From Takakia lepidozioides (Eukaryota > Plantae > Bryophyta): 64,000 nt of DNA. The notes beneath the pieces are model-generated. The model did not search any database, was not told the origin of the DNA, and was given only the letters and a program-made list of their open reading frames with translations. The translations under genes and the position numbers were made by a program. The stretch is taken from the NCBI GenBank assembly GCA_030704615.1, contig CM060734.1:9858001-9922000 (forward strand), given 5' to 3'. Shown in pieces: positions 50,279 through 61,500 of this stretch (position 1 is the stretch's first letter; every line of letters starts with the position of its first letter).

Positions 50279-53200
50279 ATGGCGGAAAACCCGAGCGCTA
50301 CAGTGTACTGCCCTCCTCACGAGCATAGAGCTTTGTTTCCGTGCAGAGGGGACATCTCCCGGGTGATGGAGAAATATTTGTGCGTTCGATACCACCTGAA
50401 ACCGGGGTCGGTTTTTTTGGAGGAGGAAAGGAAGGACTCAAACGGCCTTGTTGTCGAGAGTATTGTTGTGCTCCACGATGATTTCGGCGATGGCAGGGAA
50501 TGGCGAGTTCCACCATCGGACAGCGTCATATACAGGGCTGTTGGGGACTTCATTTGCCCGCCAAATGCACCTTCTATCCTTGCGCCTTCCACGAAACAAT
50601 CCGCGAATCAGAGAGTGGCTACCTCAAAGAGAGAAGTCCGCAACGAAGTAAATCCAGAGCCGAACCCATCCATGAAGACGAGCGAGAACCGGGTTGTTCA
50701 CAACCTGTCCGACTCAGACGAGGTCATGGAAGTTCCGAGGTCATCCTGGAGATCAGGCAAGTCCTCAATGGACGTCAGTGGAGGAGGGAGTCATATTCCC
50801 AGCACGACCACCGCAGTTCGATCTATTCTTGAAATTCTACGAGGGCTTCACCTGGAGGGACACCGGTCGGAGCTGGACTACAGCAAGTTTGCAATTAAAT
50901 CGGTTACATGCCTTCCCGCCGACGTCGACGGTAATATCTTCTTTGAGTTCCCTCCTCGGGCGGACTACTCGAGGGCGTCCGGAATGTTGACAGATATGGA
51001 TAGAAAACATGACGGTCATCCTTGGTGCGTTACCAAAACCACCAGCATGAAGATGCTCGATGGTGTGCGGGTGCGCTACGTTGTTTGTGCGGGCGCGTTG
51101 CGGTGTTTCTCCCCAACTTGCTTCCACTTTAAATCCAGAGGTCACAGGAACGAGACCGATTGGACAGGCACAACTCATCAACCATTTCGAGCTCAGGAGA
51201 AGGTTCCGAACTCCACATTTAAGTGTGCGCATTGCAAAGAACCACCACACTGCATGTCTGTTTGTAATGCCAAGCAGTTCTATGTGTTGCACCGTTTCCC
51301 TGACCTCACCCGAGCTTGCATACACGTTGGTTCCCATTGTCACAAATTGGCGAGGGGGAACTCGCGGGAGGCTGCCCACGAGGCAGAGCAGCTCGTTCAG
51401 GAGGAGGTTAAGTTGAGACCGGGTGCCAAACCCAAACAGATACAGCTCCAAGCCGCCCATAAGATGGCATTGGCCAGAATTATGTCAGAAGACGGCTCCG
51501 ATAGAGTTCCTCTCAATGAGAAGGAAATGGAGGCATTGCTGGAGTCGGTGTCCCACGTATGTTCACCGAATGTCCGAAACCACATTGTCTCATGCAAACA
51601 GAAAATTGGGCGTGGCTCGGATATGCACTCCATTCTGGAGGTGAAGCGACGATGTGGATATGACTACATTCATGGAAGTAGGTTTCCAGGACAAGGGACT
51701 GAGGCAGATCGTTGTTTCGTATTCAAAATGTCCACGTGTGGACCTGGCAGCGGCGTCAAACTGGTCGACAGGATGACGAGTGGGGACTCGTCAAACAGTT
51801 GGGTCATGTTCGACCATATCAAGCGAATTACAAATCACCAGTGGGTGACAATGGGTGCACATGTCTACGACACCCACTGCAGGATGCTAATAACAATTGC
51901 TATTTGTGAGATGAAAGGAGAGGACACACAATTGGAGATGCTTCTTTGGCAGGGAATAAACGAACAGATGGCCAAGGCGGGATTGCCCCCTCCCAATTTC
52001 CGTGGTTTCATGGCGGACAACGCACAAGCAAATTGGGCTGCCATCCGAAGGGTGTACGGGCAAGACCCCAATGTTCCCATGGAAGGCAAGGAGAGATCTT
52101 GTGGGTTCCATTTTATGCAGAGCCTTTTGCAGTTTACAACCAGGCTTGTGGCGGCAGATTTTAGAGAGGAGCACCGTTCCATGTGCCTTGCGTGGAAGCG
52201 CCCTCCCACCTTGGATGATGCAGAGACACAGTTTGCATGTATACGGGCTTGGTGGACATCGTCAGGTGCTGTAAGGAAATCAGACGAGGGAGCAATGGTC
52301 AGTTGGCTAGCATGGTGGCATTATCGTTTCTTCCAGTTCGGCGACTATATGCGGGAGGTGAGTTGCACGAATTCGCGTCCCGTTGAATATTATTCTTAGC
52401 CATATTTGTAACTTGCTTGTAACCTCAACGTGCTTGTGCAGGAAATGTGTCTCGACTCCGACACCGACATGCCCACGACAAACATGGCCGAATCAGTGCA
52501 CTCTTCCTGGCGTGCCTCCTCTGCGGCGCATCTGGTGGACATCCTCACTGCCACAACGGAGGACATTGTGAGGTCAATTATGCAGCAATGCAGGTACAAC
52601 GAGTTCTTGAAAGGGAAACAGTGGGGCTTGGGACCGGACAGGCAGGAAATGCTGATGCGGACTGCCTCTAGATCGAAGAATCCTCGGAAGTGGGCGGCGG
52701 CCTTGCGAGAGGGCCTTCGGGACACGCCATTGCTGCGAAGAGGCCAACATTTGGAAGGAGATGTTCATACCCGTCCAGTGAGACGAAGACTTGACGAGGC
52801 ACCTGGCGGAGAAGAGGATTCATGGCAACCTGACAAGAATATTCGCACGCTCCCTCGTGGTCCGGTGATGTTGCCCGAGGAGGTCTCGTCGAGCACCGCA
52901 AGTCCTGCACGTTCAAGATCGCCATCTCCTTTGAGCACAGGGCGCGTGCCCCGGCAACATAACGAGCCATCTGTAGTAAAGCAGTACAACATTCCCATTG
53001 TGGAGACAAGAGTGTCGGAGTCACAGTGGAGAATTGCGAGGACATTGCCGGCATTTTGAGGGAAGTGCTGCGCCATCCGGGTGGATACGAGAGCACGCTG
53101 TGGTGAGATGATTCGGAGGAACCCACACGGTGCTGTACCTGCACCTTGTTTCAGCGGCAGATTTTTTACTCCCACATTTGCTCACGCCACAACGCAGACA

Positions 53201-53860
53201 TTTTGGTTCTGTAGGCACGACATAATGACCTGTGTATTTGGCAAGCCCAAGTACGGGATTCAGGGAATGCCGGAGCCTCCGGGAGTCTGGCCTGTTGCAC
53301 CGGGTTGCAGCCTCTCTCAGAATGAGGCAGATGCTCTATCTGCAGCATGATTTCGAATGGTGCAACGCACAGACATCCCGGCCCACGCATTTCCGGTTCC
53401 TCAGACTCAGCCATTGCAGACTGCTCGGTCCAGTAAAGACGGATTGGACAATTCTGCACATCCCACAATGCGATTCGGAAGAGTGAAGAGACGACACCCT
53501 CCCAACAAGTTGAATGAGACTCGGATTGCCAATGCTCTTGGGATGGCTTGCACTATTCAGAGCTCCGTGGACGTACCCCCAACCGGTCTTGGGCGTGTGT
53601 ATCGGATGGCAACGGCCGGCTCGGCTGTACGCGACGATGTATACACAATTACGATTGGAGTGGAGCCGACTTGCAATTGTACGGACTTCTCGTTGATGGA
53701 AGCAAAGAAGGGTTCGAAGTATTATCCGTGCAAGCATCTGTATTACATTTACCTGAAGAGGTTGAGGATGAACGTGACTATTGATGACTTTATTCATGCA
53801 CCGGCGTTGAGCGTGAACGAGCTGCACAAACTCCTCCTTAGGGATTCCAGAAATCATTGA
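50279..53860 (+). pseudogene. MULE-type DDE transposase with a Cys/His-rich (GCM/WRKY-like) N-terminal domain and C-terminal SWIM finger; two in-frame stops
   Basis: Exon 1 50279-52357, intron GTGAGT..GCAG, exon 2 52442-53860. Motifs WVMFDHIKR (D1), FMADNAQA (D2), CGFH (CxxH), TTNMAESVHSSW (E), and SWIM CNCTDF..CKHL. TGA stops at 53057 and 53348 in an otherwise continuous frame. Confidence 0.85.
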
Positions 53861-54014
53861 TGGGGCAAAGGGAATCCTCCATATGGATATTTTCAATTGC
53901 ATTTTGTTGTATCAGACTTTTTTTTGGAGTGTAATGAAATGCACCCCAAAACTCCTGGAATGAGGCAATATTCCATTCAAACTGAGATCCAACAGAAGCA
54001 GTTGTGGGGCCATT

Positions 54015-54450
54015 TCTGGAAAAATGGCACCGAATTTCTCTTTTTGGGGCCGAAAACTGGCTAAGTCCCAACATGCACTGGTACCTGTGTCTGGGAAAAT
54101 GGCGCCGAATTTCTCTTTTTTGGGCCGAAAATTGGCTGAGTCCCAACATGCACAGATACCGTGTCTGGAAAAATGGAGCCGAATTTCTCTTTTTTGGGCC
54201 GAAAACTGGCTAAGTCCCAACATGCACTGGTACAGTGTCTGGAAAAATGGCGCCGAATTTCCCTATTTTGCGCCGAAAACTGGCTAAGTCCGAACATGCA
54301 CTAGAAAAATGGCGCCGAATTACCTGTCATGAGGGGACCTATAGCCGCGGAATTCGGCACCATTTTTCGCCAGAGAGACCTATTACCGCGAAATACGTCG
54401 TCGTTTTTTCAGGTTACGGACCCTATTACCGCGAAATTCGGCGCCATATT
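54015..54450. repeat. Subterminal ~75-bp tandem repeats of the MULE
   Basis: GGAAAAATGGCGCCGAATTT..GCCGAAAACTGGCTAAGTCCCAACATGCAC units. Confidence 0.88.
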
Positions 54451-55497
54451 TGCACATGTCGCTGGGAATTGGCATGAGCGGAAGACGAAATATCATGAGC
54501 ACAACTGTCAAAACTGCAATTTTCCCTTCAAGGGGCCGAATAATATATTTGTTTTTTCTGACACATTGCATTAAATTATTGTTTTTTATTGTTTTTTATT
54601 TTCGAAATTTGTACTTCTGCTCATGAAAACCGATTGTCTTATTACTCCGCTCATGCCGCTCATGCTCATGAAATAGCAAACCTCGCACATTGTGTTGGTT
54701 CCAGTTCTTGAGATAGATAGAAGGATTGCAGTTCATTAGATAGGGCTCCGTTGTTTCCACTGGTGGTCACATTAGTGAGAGTGAGAGTAACTTAAGAATT
54801 CAAACAGTATGCATGCCACGGGTGACAGTACAGAGAGCGACGTCGTGGATTAGCCACATGGGAAAAATGGGACGAAAATAAATGAGCGATCTAGGACTTG
54901 GAGAGAATAGCCAAAGGGGCATCTGGATGATGTCAGTCATTTAGCACGAACAAGAACAAGAGGGCGAGTAAGCCGGATTCAGCCAGTTAGGCATAGCCTT
55001 GTAGAGGCGGGGTGATAATGGGATCATCTGAACGTTGATATGGCTGTGCATACGAAAGGGCTGACAGGGTACTGTAGGTGCCCCGTGTCGCGCCACCCCA
55101 CGGGGTCACGATATCTTTTCTGAACAGCGATCACGGGTTGATAAGAAGACAAACGAACGAACAAGAGATATTGATTAATCAAGTTGCCAAGTCCAGTCTA
55201 GGTGTCATAATGATTTCTTGCTTCTGCTGCACCTCATGTAGCATCAAAGCTGGACTGATGGGTTGTATGATCAAGAGGAAGTGTTAGATTTTGTCCCGGT
55301 GGGTGAGAAACAGGGCCCCCGTTTTTTACTTTACACAAGTATGAATTTTTCCTAGCTTAAGATCTGATAACGTCCAATATAGTGAGGGGAGAGATGGTGA
55401 GTGCAGAGTTAAGCCACATCTGCTTGAAGAATGGATGTTAACAATATGTTTGATTGCATTTAGGTGAAGTGTTCCATTGTTATTTATTAAGGGGAGA

Positions 55498-55590
55498 AGG
55501 TGTCCACCTTTCAGCTGGAAGGCAGTAGCCCTTGTGGTGAAGTGACACCATAAATTACGCTCCCTTTGGGAGGCGTCATATATATATATA
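55498..55590 (+). mobile_element. 5'-truncated copy of the same SINE family
   Basis: GGCAGTAGCCCTTG.GG..AAGTGACACCATAA.TTA.GCTCCCTT..G.AGGCGTCATA matches the 3' body of the 13529-13710 SINE and ends in (TA)n. Confidence 0.7.
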
Positions 55591-56319
55591 TTAAGGGGAT
55601 GGTTGGGAAGCATTGTAGATTTTGAGATGGTCATTTTTAACTCACAATTGTGGGTATTTGGACTTGCAGGCAGTGAGTAGAGTGGTGGATGAGCAGCACA
55701 TGGAGAGAGGTCTGCACATGGAAGATCAATGTCAAGTCCATATCAGCCCCTATGCCAAGTTATATTGCTTCCCCTTGTGCTCAATACCTCTACATTCTTT
55801 TGTACTGGAACGAAAGATTGATTGAAAAGCACGTGGACAGAGGTATGCACAGGAAGATCACTGCCAAGTCCATATTAGCCCATACGCAAGTCACCACTTG
55901 TAGCAGACCTCTAACCTGCTTCATGACTGGTGATTCCCTTGTTCATCAGATGTGGGAATCATGCAGAACATAATTCATCAACTAAGTTATTTAAATCTTC
56001 CGTTTTGTTGCGGGATACTCAAACTGCAAACAACATAAGCAAAATGAAAACACGGGGCTATGAAAAGAAGTAAGCAGATCGGATGGTCGTCCAGGACCAT
56101 ATTCAAATTCCAAAAGCTGCAGGAAATGGAAAACAACAAGATGCAGGTCAACTTCTCATGTATCCAAGCATTGCCGTGGACTCTCCCTCAATCACTGAGA
56201 TTTAAATTATCTTGAAGATTAAATTGATGCCCCTAAACCGAAACTCCAGGTCAAATAGATATAAGAGCTGGTTTAAGGCACTGTGTACTAGAGAAAAGAC
56301 CAACCACCACAGTCACAAA

Positions 56320-58173
56320 GGTCTAGCTCGACCACATCCTGAAGCATTGACTGCCTGTTTCGCAGTTGTTGAATGGCTTCTGGTGGGTTATCACGTCTGG
56401 ATACTTCTGCTTAAAATCCTGCAAATACACAAGCACTAGATCACCAACATGGCCAAAGAGTAAGTGAATTGGACTCCCAATGTACCCATTCACATGCTTA
56501 ATCTTGAAGCAGTCACTGTATCCACAGCCTCAAAATATGTACATAGCCTCGGCCTACAACTTTCATGTTGTATGCACCCCTTTAGCAAAGGTTCATGGGA
56601 GCTATACTTGAGGCCAGGAAAACCACCCGGCGCGCATACACAACCTGCAAACCACATTCCTCTAGGTAGGACAATAGCGACGTAGCCTTGCTGCAATGGA
56701 GTAGTGTAGTCCGTATCTTTGTACCATTATTTGGGCACTGCTCTCAGGCAATCAGAATATCAAAAAGAGAATAAGAAGAAACATACAAACAAGTCTCATA
56801 ATTTTCTCCATACTTACAAGGTGAAGGTAGCCAAAAAAGAGATATTGATTCGATTTGTTCTACATTCCTTCCTCTTCATCATCATCATGCTCACTCTCCT
56901 CCTCCTCCTCCTCCTCGTCTTTTGTTGCTTCATCCTCATCTGCATTGTCGTCATCTGTTTCTTCCTCCTCTCCCTCATCTCCTCCATCATCGTTTGTCCC
57001 TTCTTCATCCTCCGTGTTTGGATTGCCGTCATTGTGTAGTTTCTTGTCTACACAACATGGAAACAAATTACACGTCTTAGAGTCCAATTTGCATGTTGAA
57101 TAGAAACATTGCATGAAATATTGGACAAGTGACACTCACACTTTTCGCTTTTTTTGTAGCGCTCGGTCGCTAAAGCACACGCTTTGGCACGAAGAGGATC
57201 CACGAATCTCCACTTCTCCATCTCTGCATTGATGTACGTCTTGACAAACTCTGCCTTTGTCAATGTTAATGCCACCGATCTACAAAATATTTAGTCACAA
57301 GGGTTAGTTTGAAATCGCGCCTGATTGGTGAACACATGTACGATACAAATAAGAAATATGCAGAGATAGAATAATACCTTAGTTCAGCTTTCTTCCTTAT
57401 GGTAGGTTAGCAAGCTACTTGCCACCTCTTTTCGCAACTTGCGGCGAGGCACCTTCCAGTAATCCTTGCTATCACTATAGATTCTCTCAACCGTGCCAAG
57501 TCTTGTTTGTAACCCTTAATCAGTTTGTACTGAGCAAGTTTTTTCCTCACCCACTTACCAGTTGCATTCGCACCCACGACATCATCCAAGGTCTTAGCTG
57601 ATAAATCGCCCCTTCCCCATTTGCGAATCCCGAAGTGGTCGTACACATCTTCATCGAACAATGTTGCCAACAATGGTGCTCGCTTCTTCTTGCTCTCCAT
57701 GGCCATAGGACCATCCTGTGCCATTTCCCACATTCGCTCCGCTTTCAATTTGAGCCTGTTACGCGCCTTGTTGTCGTACACCATCTTTCTCTTATCTGCA
57801 TCCCCATAGATCTTCATGTTCGTTCTATGGTAATTCTGCTTCTCTTCCCATCCGTAGGGCGACCAAGCTTACCTAGAAGGAGGCGAGGACCTCCACACTT
57901 CACCACAAGGTGGTTTTGGAAGTTATGCTTGTCCTTCCAACCCATGGAAGGTCCTTCGCCGCAGATCAAACAAAACCAATGTCCATTCTCCCATTTGTAG
58001 TGCACCCCCTCTTGTGCAAACGATCCACCTAAATAACATAGATAGTGGATGTGTGGGATGCCAGGAGCTGACATATGTGGCAATGAGTGAAGAAGTCTAC
58101 CTGCCACCGTAGATGTGCCACAAAAGAAGATCTGGGGTGAAATGCTCCTAGATAAATTCCAGGGCATGAACAA
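56320..58173 (-). pseudogene. Spliced Zn-finger plus 2OG-Fe(II) dioxygenase-like gene (degenerate)
   Basis: CLIC..HNFQNHLVVKC finger. An in-phase splice gives ATERYKKSEKYKKLHNDG (RY..H.D), then an acidic insert, YLFFGYLHL, CPNNGTKIR, VAIVLPRGMWF, SSHEP and RPRLCTYF. Contains a stop and frameshifts. Confidence 0.5.
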
Positions 58174-58573
58174 TACGGCCAGTTGAGCCTGTCCTTACAC
58201 CAGTAGAAATGCTCTGGTGCATTTGCTTCCGAGAGTCGCTCACACTAAACCCTTTCGTTAATCCACCCCTTCTTGATGGATTTCCGTTGAGATAATCGCT
58301 CGATATAAGCTTCTATGATAAGTCGAATCTCCAACTCATGTTGCTAAAATCTGCTGCGAATCATTTTGACCCTAGCTTCAAAAATTATACCCACCTTAGA
58401 AGTTCATGCAAAAAAGATTTCTCTCACTGCAGGACACGAGGTGGATGACACTGGTAAATTCCAAAGCATTACATTGCTTGTGCCGATTGGCAGACATGTT
58501 AAAAAAATGAAAGCATATTTTGCAGCTACGAGATCTCTACCGATCTTCGAAGGCAGGTTACCTAGATGGTTGT

Positions 58574-61500
58574 TGTCGCGCACCTCACTTCGGTAAGCTC
58601 CCCTTCAAGTCATAGTTACTCGCTTTGATGCGCGCGCCTGACTCCCAACCTGGCCGCCGGGCCAACTTGGAGCTTCGGTTGCTCACCGGGACATAACAGT
58701 CCCCCTTCGATCCCCCGAAAGACCCTCCACCTATTTGGGCCTAGTGGAATTCCCTTTGGTAGATGGCAGTCCGGAACAGCTCCCCACTTTTTGGTCGCTT
58801 TCCGGCTCGCTCGCTTACTCACTAGCTTTTGGTCACCAACGGGCTTGCACCGTTCTCGGGGTTACTACTCCCTATATATACTTCTGTAGCTGTCCGCGGG
58901 GGTTCCACAAACAGCCATGCCATTTTATGGTGAACCACCACGAAGACCCTCGATTCCCGGTGGTGAGTCGCAGTGAGTCTTGGCCCACTCACCGCAGCCC
59001 CAATGGACCGTGATGAGTCCCAAGACTCCCCACGACTCCCACCTCGAGGTCTCCACCCCATGGTGAGTCCTATGCCACCCCACTAAGTCCCGCTAAGCTA
59101 CCACCACCCCTTGTGGAGCCACCCCCCCGCAACCCGGTGTGCGGGGCTCCGCCTAGTGAGCGCCTCCGCCTCCTTGAGTGCCTTGGGCACTCAAGGGTGC
59201 TTCAGCCCCCGTATCCATCGCTGCTACTGCCCCCACCACAGGGGTAGCCCCTTCTGTGTCCCGACCCCCTGCCCTCAAGGCAAAGGGCCGCGACACACAC
59301 CCCTACCAACAGGGAGTCGATGTCCTCATCGACTTGTCCATTTTGTAGAAACGAACATCCAAGTTGTGGCGTCCCACATCAAGGAGTTTGTTTCCGCACC
59401 ATGGCGTCCCATGGCAAAAACCAAACCCCACACTTGACTCTACTCTCCACTAGCTAGTTCGGCCGACTTCCTCCAAGTCCCGCCAAGGGTGGAGCCTCTC
59501 CAGCTCCTCCCAGTGCACTCTTCTTGGCCTACTTCAAGGCCAAGGAACGATCCTCTCCGAGGATCGAATCGCCTTACTGCAACAACATTGCTTGCGATCG
59601 CTCATGATGCCGCTTTTGGCATCACCTTGAGCAAGGGTTCACCTGGAACCCTCTTTGACTAGGAAGATAACCTTGAATCAACCGTGCGCCCCAATCACTA
59701 CAATTGGGTCCGCCTTGGAATGCTGGCCTGAGGTACGGGAACACGCCGAAGCCGCACTACGACTTCGTCCCGAGGCTACACGATTATAGTACGTGAACGG
59801 AAGCACGTAGCTTCCGCGTTAGCCCGCACTACAAGGCAACCCCCTCGGTAGCGCAGTTATAGTACGCGCACGCGCCAAGTGCGCACTAGCACGTGAACTC
59901 CCAAAGAAGGCGCAAGTTGCCTTGCCCCTTGGATGGGGGTCACCCGATTTCGGCACTACGCAAACACACGATTAACCCAATTTACCTCTCCCACTTTTGT
60001 AAGCTAGCATGCATTCTACACACTAGCCAACCATACCATGCATCACCATTCCAAACAAAATAGGACGCACAACATTTAGAAGCCATTTCATTTATAGCAA
60101 GTTTTGTACAATACAAGTTTTTGCAATCGGATTCCTGAGCTAGCTAAGGCGGGCTAAGCATGCATTTCTTCCCCCACGCTCCAAGGTTGATGTCCCCATC
60201 AACGCTTCTTCCGCTTTTGAGGTCGCCCTTCGAACGCTGCAACCACCTTGGATGCGTTTCCCATTTCTGAGGCACGCACCCAAGATGCCTCCACATAATG
60301 ATAGCCCTTCCATTTGACGAGATACTCCGTTTCTCGGTTCTTGAACCTCCTCGACTTAAGTACTGCCTCCACCTCATACTCAGCTTCATTTCCATGATCC
60401 AACAGCACAAGTGGCGGACGCAACACTTGATGCCGATTCGGACGCGCTTCATCTTTGAAGTAAGGCTTCAAAAGGGAGACATGGAATACTGGATGCACCT
60501 TGCTGTTTGCCGGTAGCTCCAATTCATACACATCCTCATTCATGACCTTCCGGATGCGAAATGGACCCGCATATGGAGGTATGAATTTTGGACTCACTTC
60601 CGGAGGTAGTCGAAAATTCTTGATGTTCAACCAGACTTCCGTGCCTGCCTCAAACTTCACTTCCCTCCGCTTCCGATTCGCCTGCCTTTCATACCGTTTC
60701 CTAGCTTTGGCAATGTTGTACTTTGCGAGCTTCAACAAACGCTCGCGTTCTTCCAGTACTGCCGCTACTGCCGGTTCCTCAACGTCCTGGGCGGCCCAAG
60801 TTGTCGGCACCAGAGGTGCTTTTCCATAGACCAATACGAAAGGGGAAACTCCCGTTGCGGAGTGTTCTGTGTTATTATAACAGAACTCTACCGCGTCTAA
60901 GTGTTCCACCCAGTCTGATTGGTCTGCCGACACGTAATTCCGCAAGATCTGCTTCTCTACGGAATTCACTCTTTCCGTTTGGCCGTCGGTCGTAGGTCGA
61001 AAGGCGGTGCTCATCTTCAGCCTTGTCCCCATCTTCTTCCAAAGTGTCCTCCAAAATTTACTCGTAAACTTTGGATCGCGGTCCGAGACAATATCCTTCG
61101 GGACTCCATGATGCTTTAAGACGTGGGCAAAGTAAAGTCGCCCTGTCTCCTGCGCCGTTGCCGTCTCCTTGGTGGGGATGAAATGGCCCATTTTACTGAA
61201 CCTATCCACCACCACCATGATTGCATCGAATCCTTTTGACAGCGGCATAGCAGTCATGAAATCCATCGAGACGCTTTCCCAAGTCCCCTCTGGAATCGGC
61301 AAGGGTTGTAACAGCCCCGCTTGCTTTTTGTACTCGCTCCGGTTTTGTTGGCATGTGGTGCATGTCTTGACATACTCCTCTACCTCCTCCCTCAGTTTGG
61401 GCCAGAAATACTCTTTCTTCAAGAGTGCCACAGTGCGCTTGGCTCCACCGTGGCCCGCAAGCGGGCTATCATGGCATTCTCTCAAGAGACTATCCCTGAT

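Larger units (their letters stand above)
44400..54670. mobile_element. Mutator-like (MULE) transposon carrying a divergent cargo gene
   Basis: Transposase on +, cargo gene on -, and shared GGCGCC-core repeats at 46340-47740, 49610-49970 and 54020-54450. The right terminus ends in GCTCATG motifs. The left end is not identified. Confidence 0.7.
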
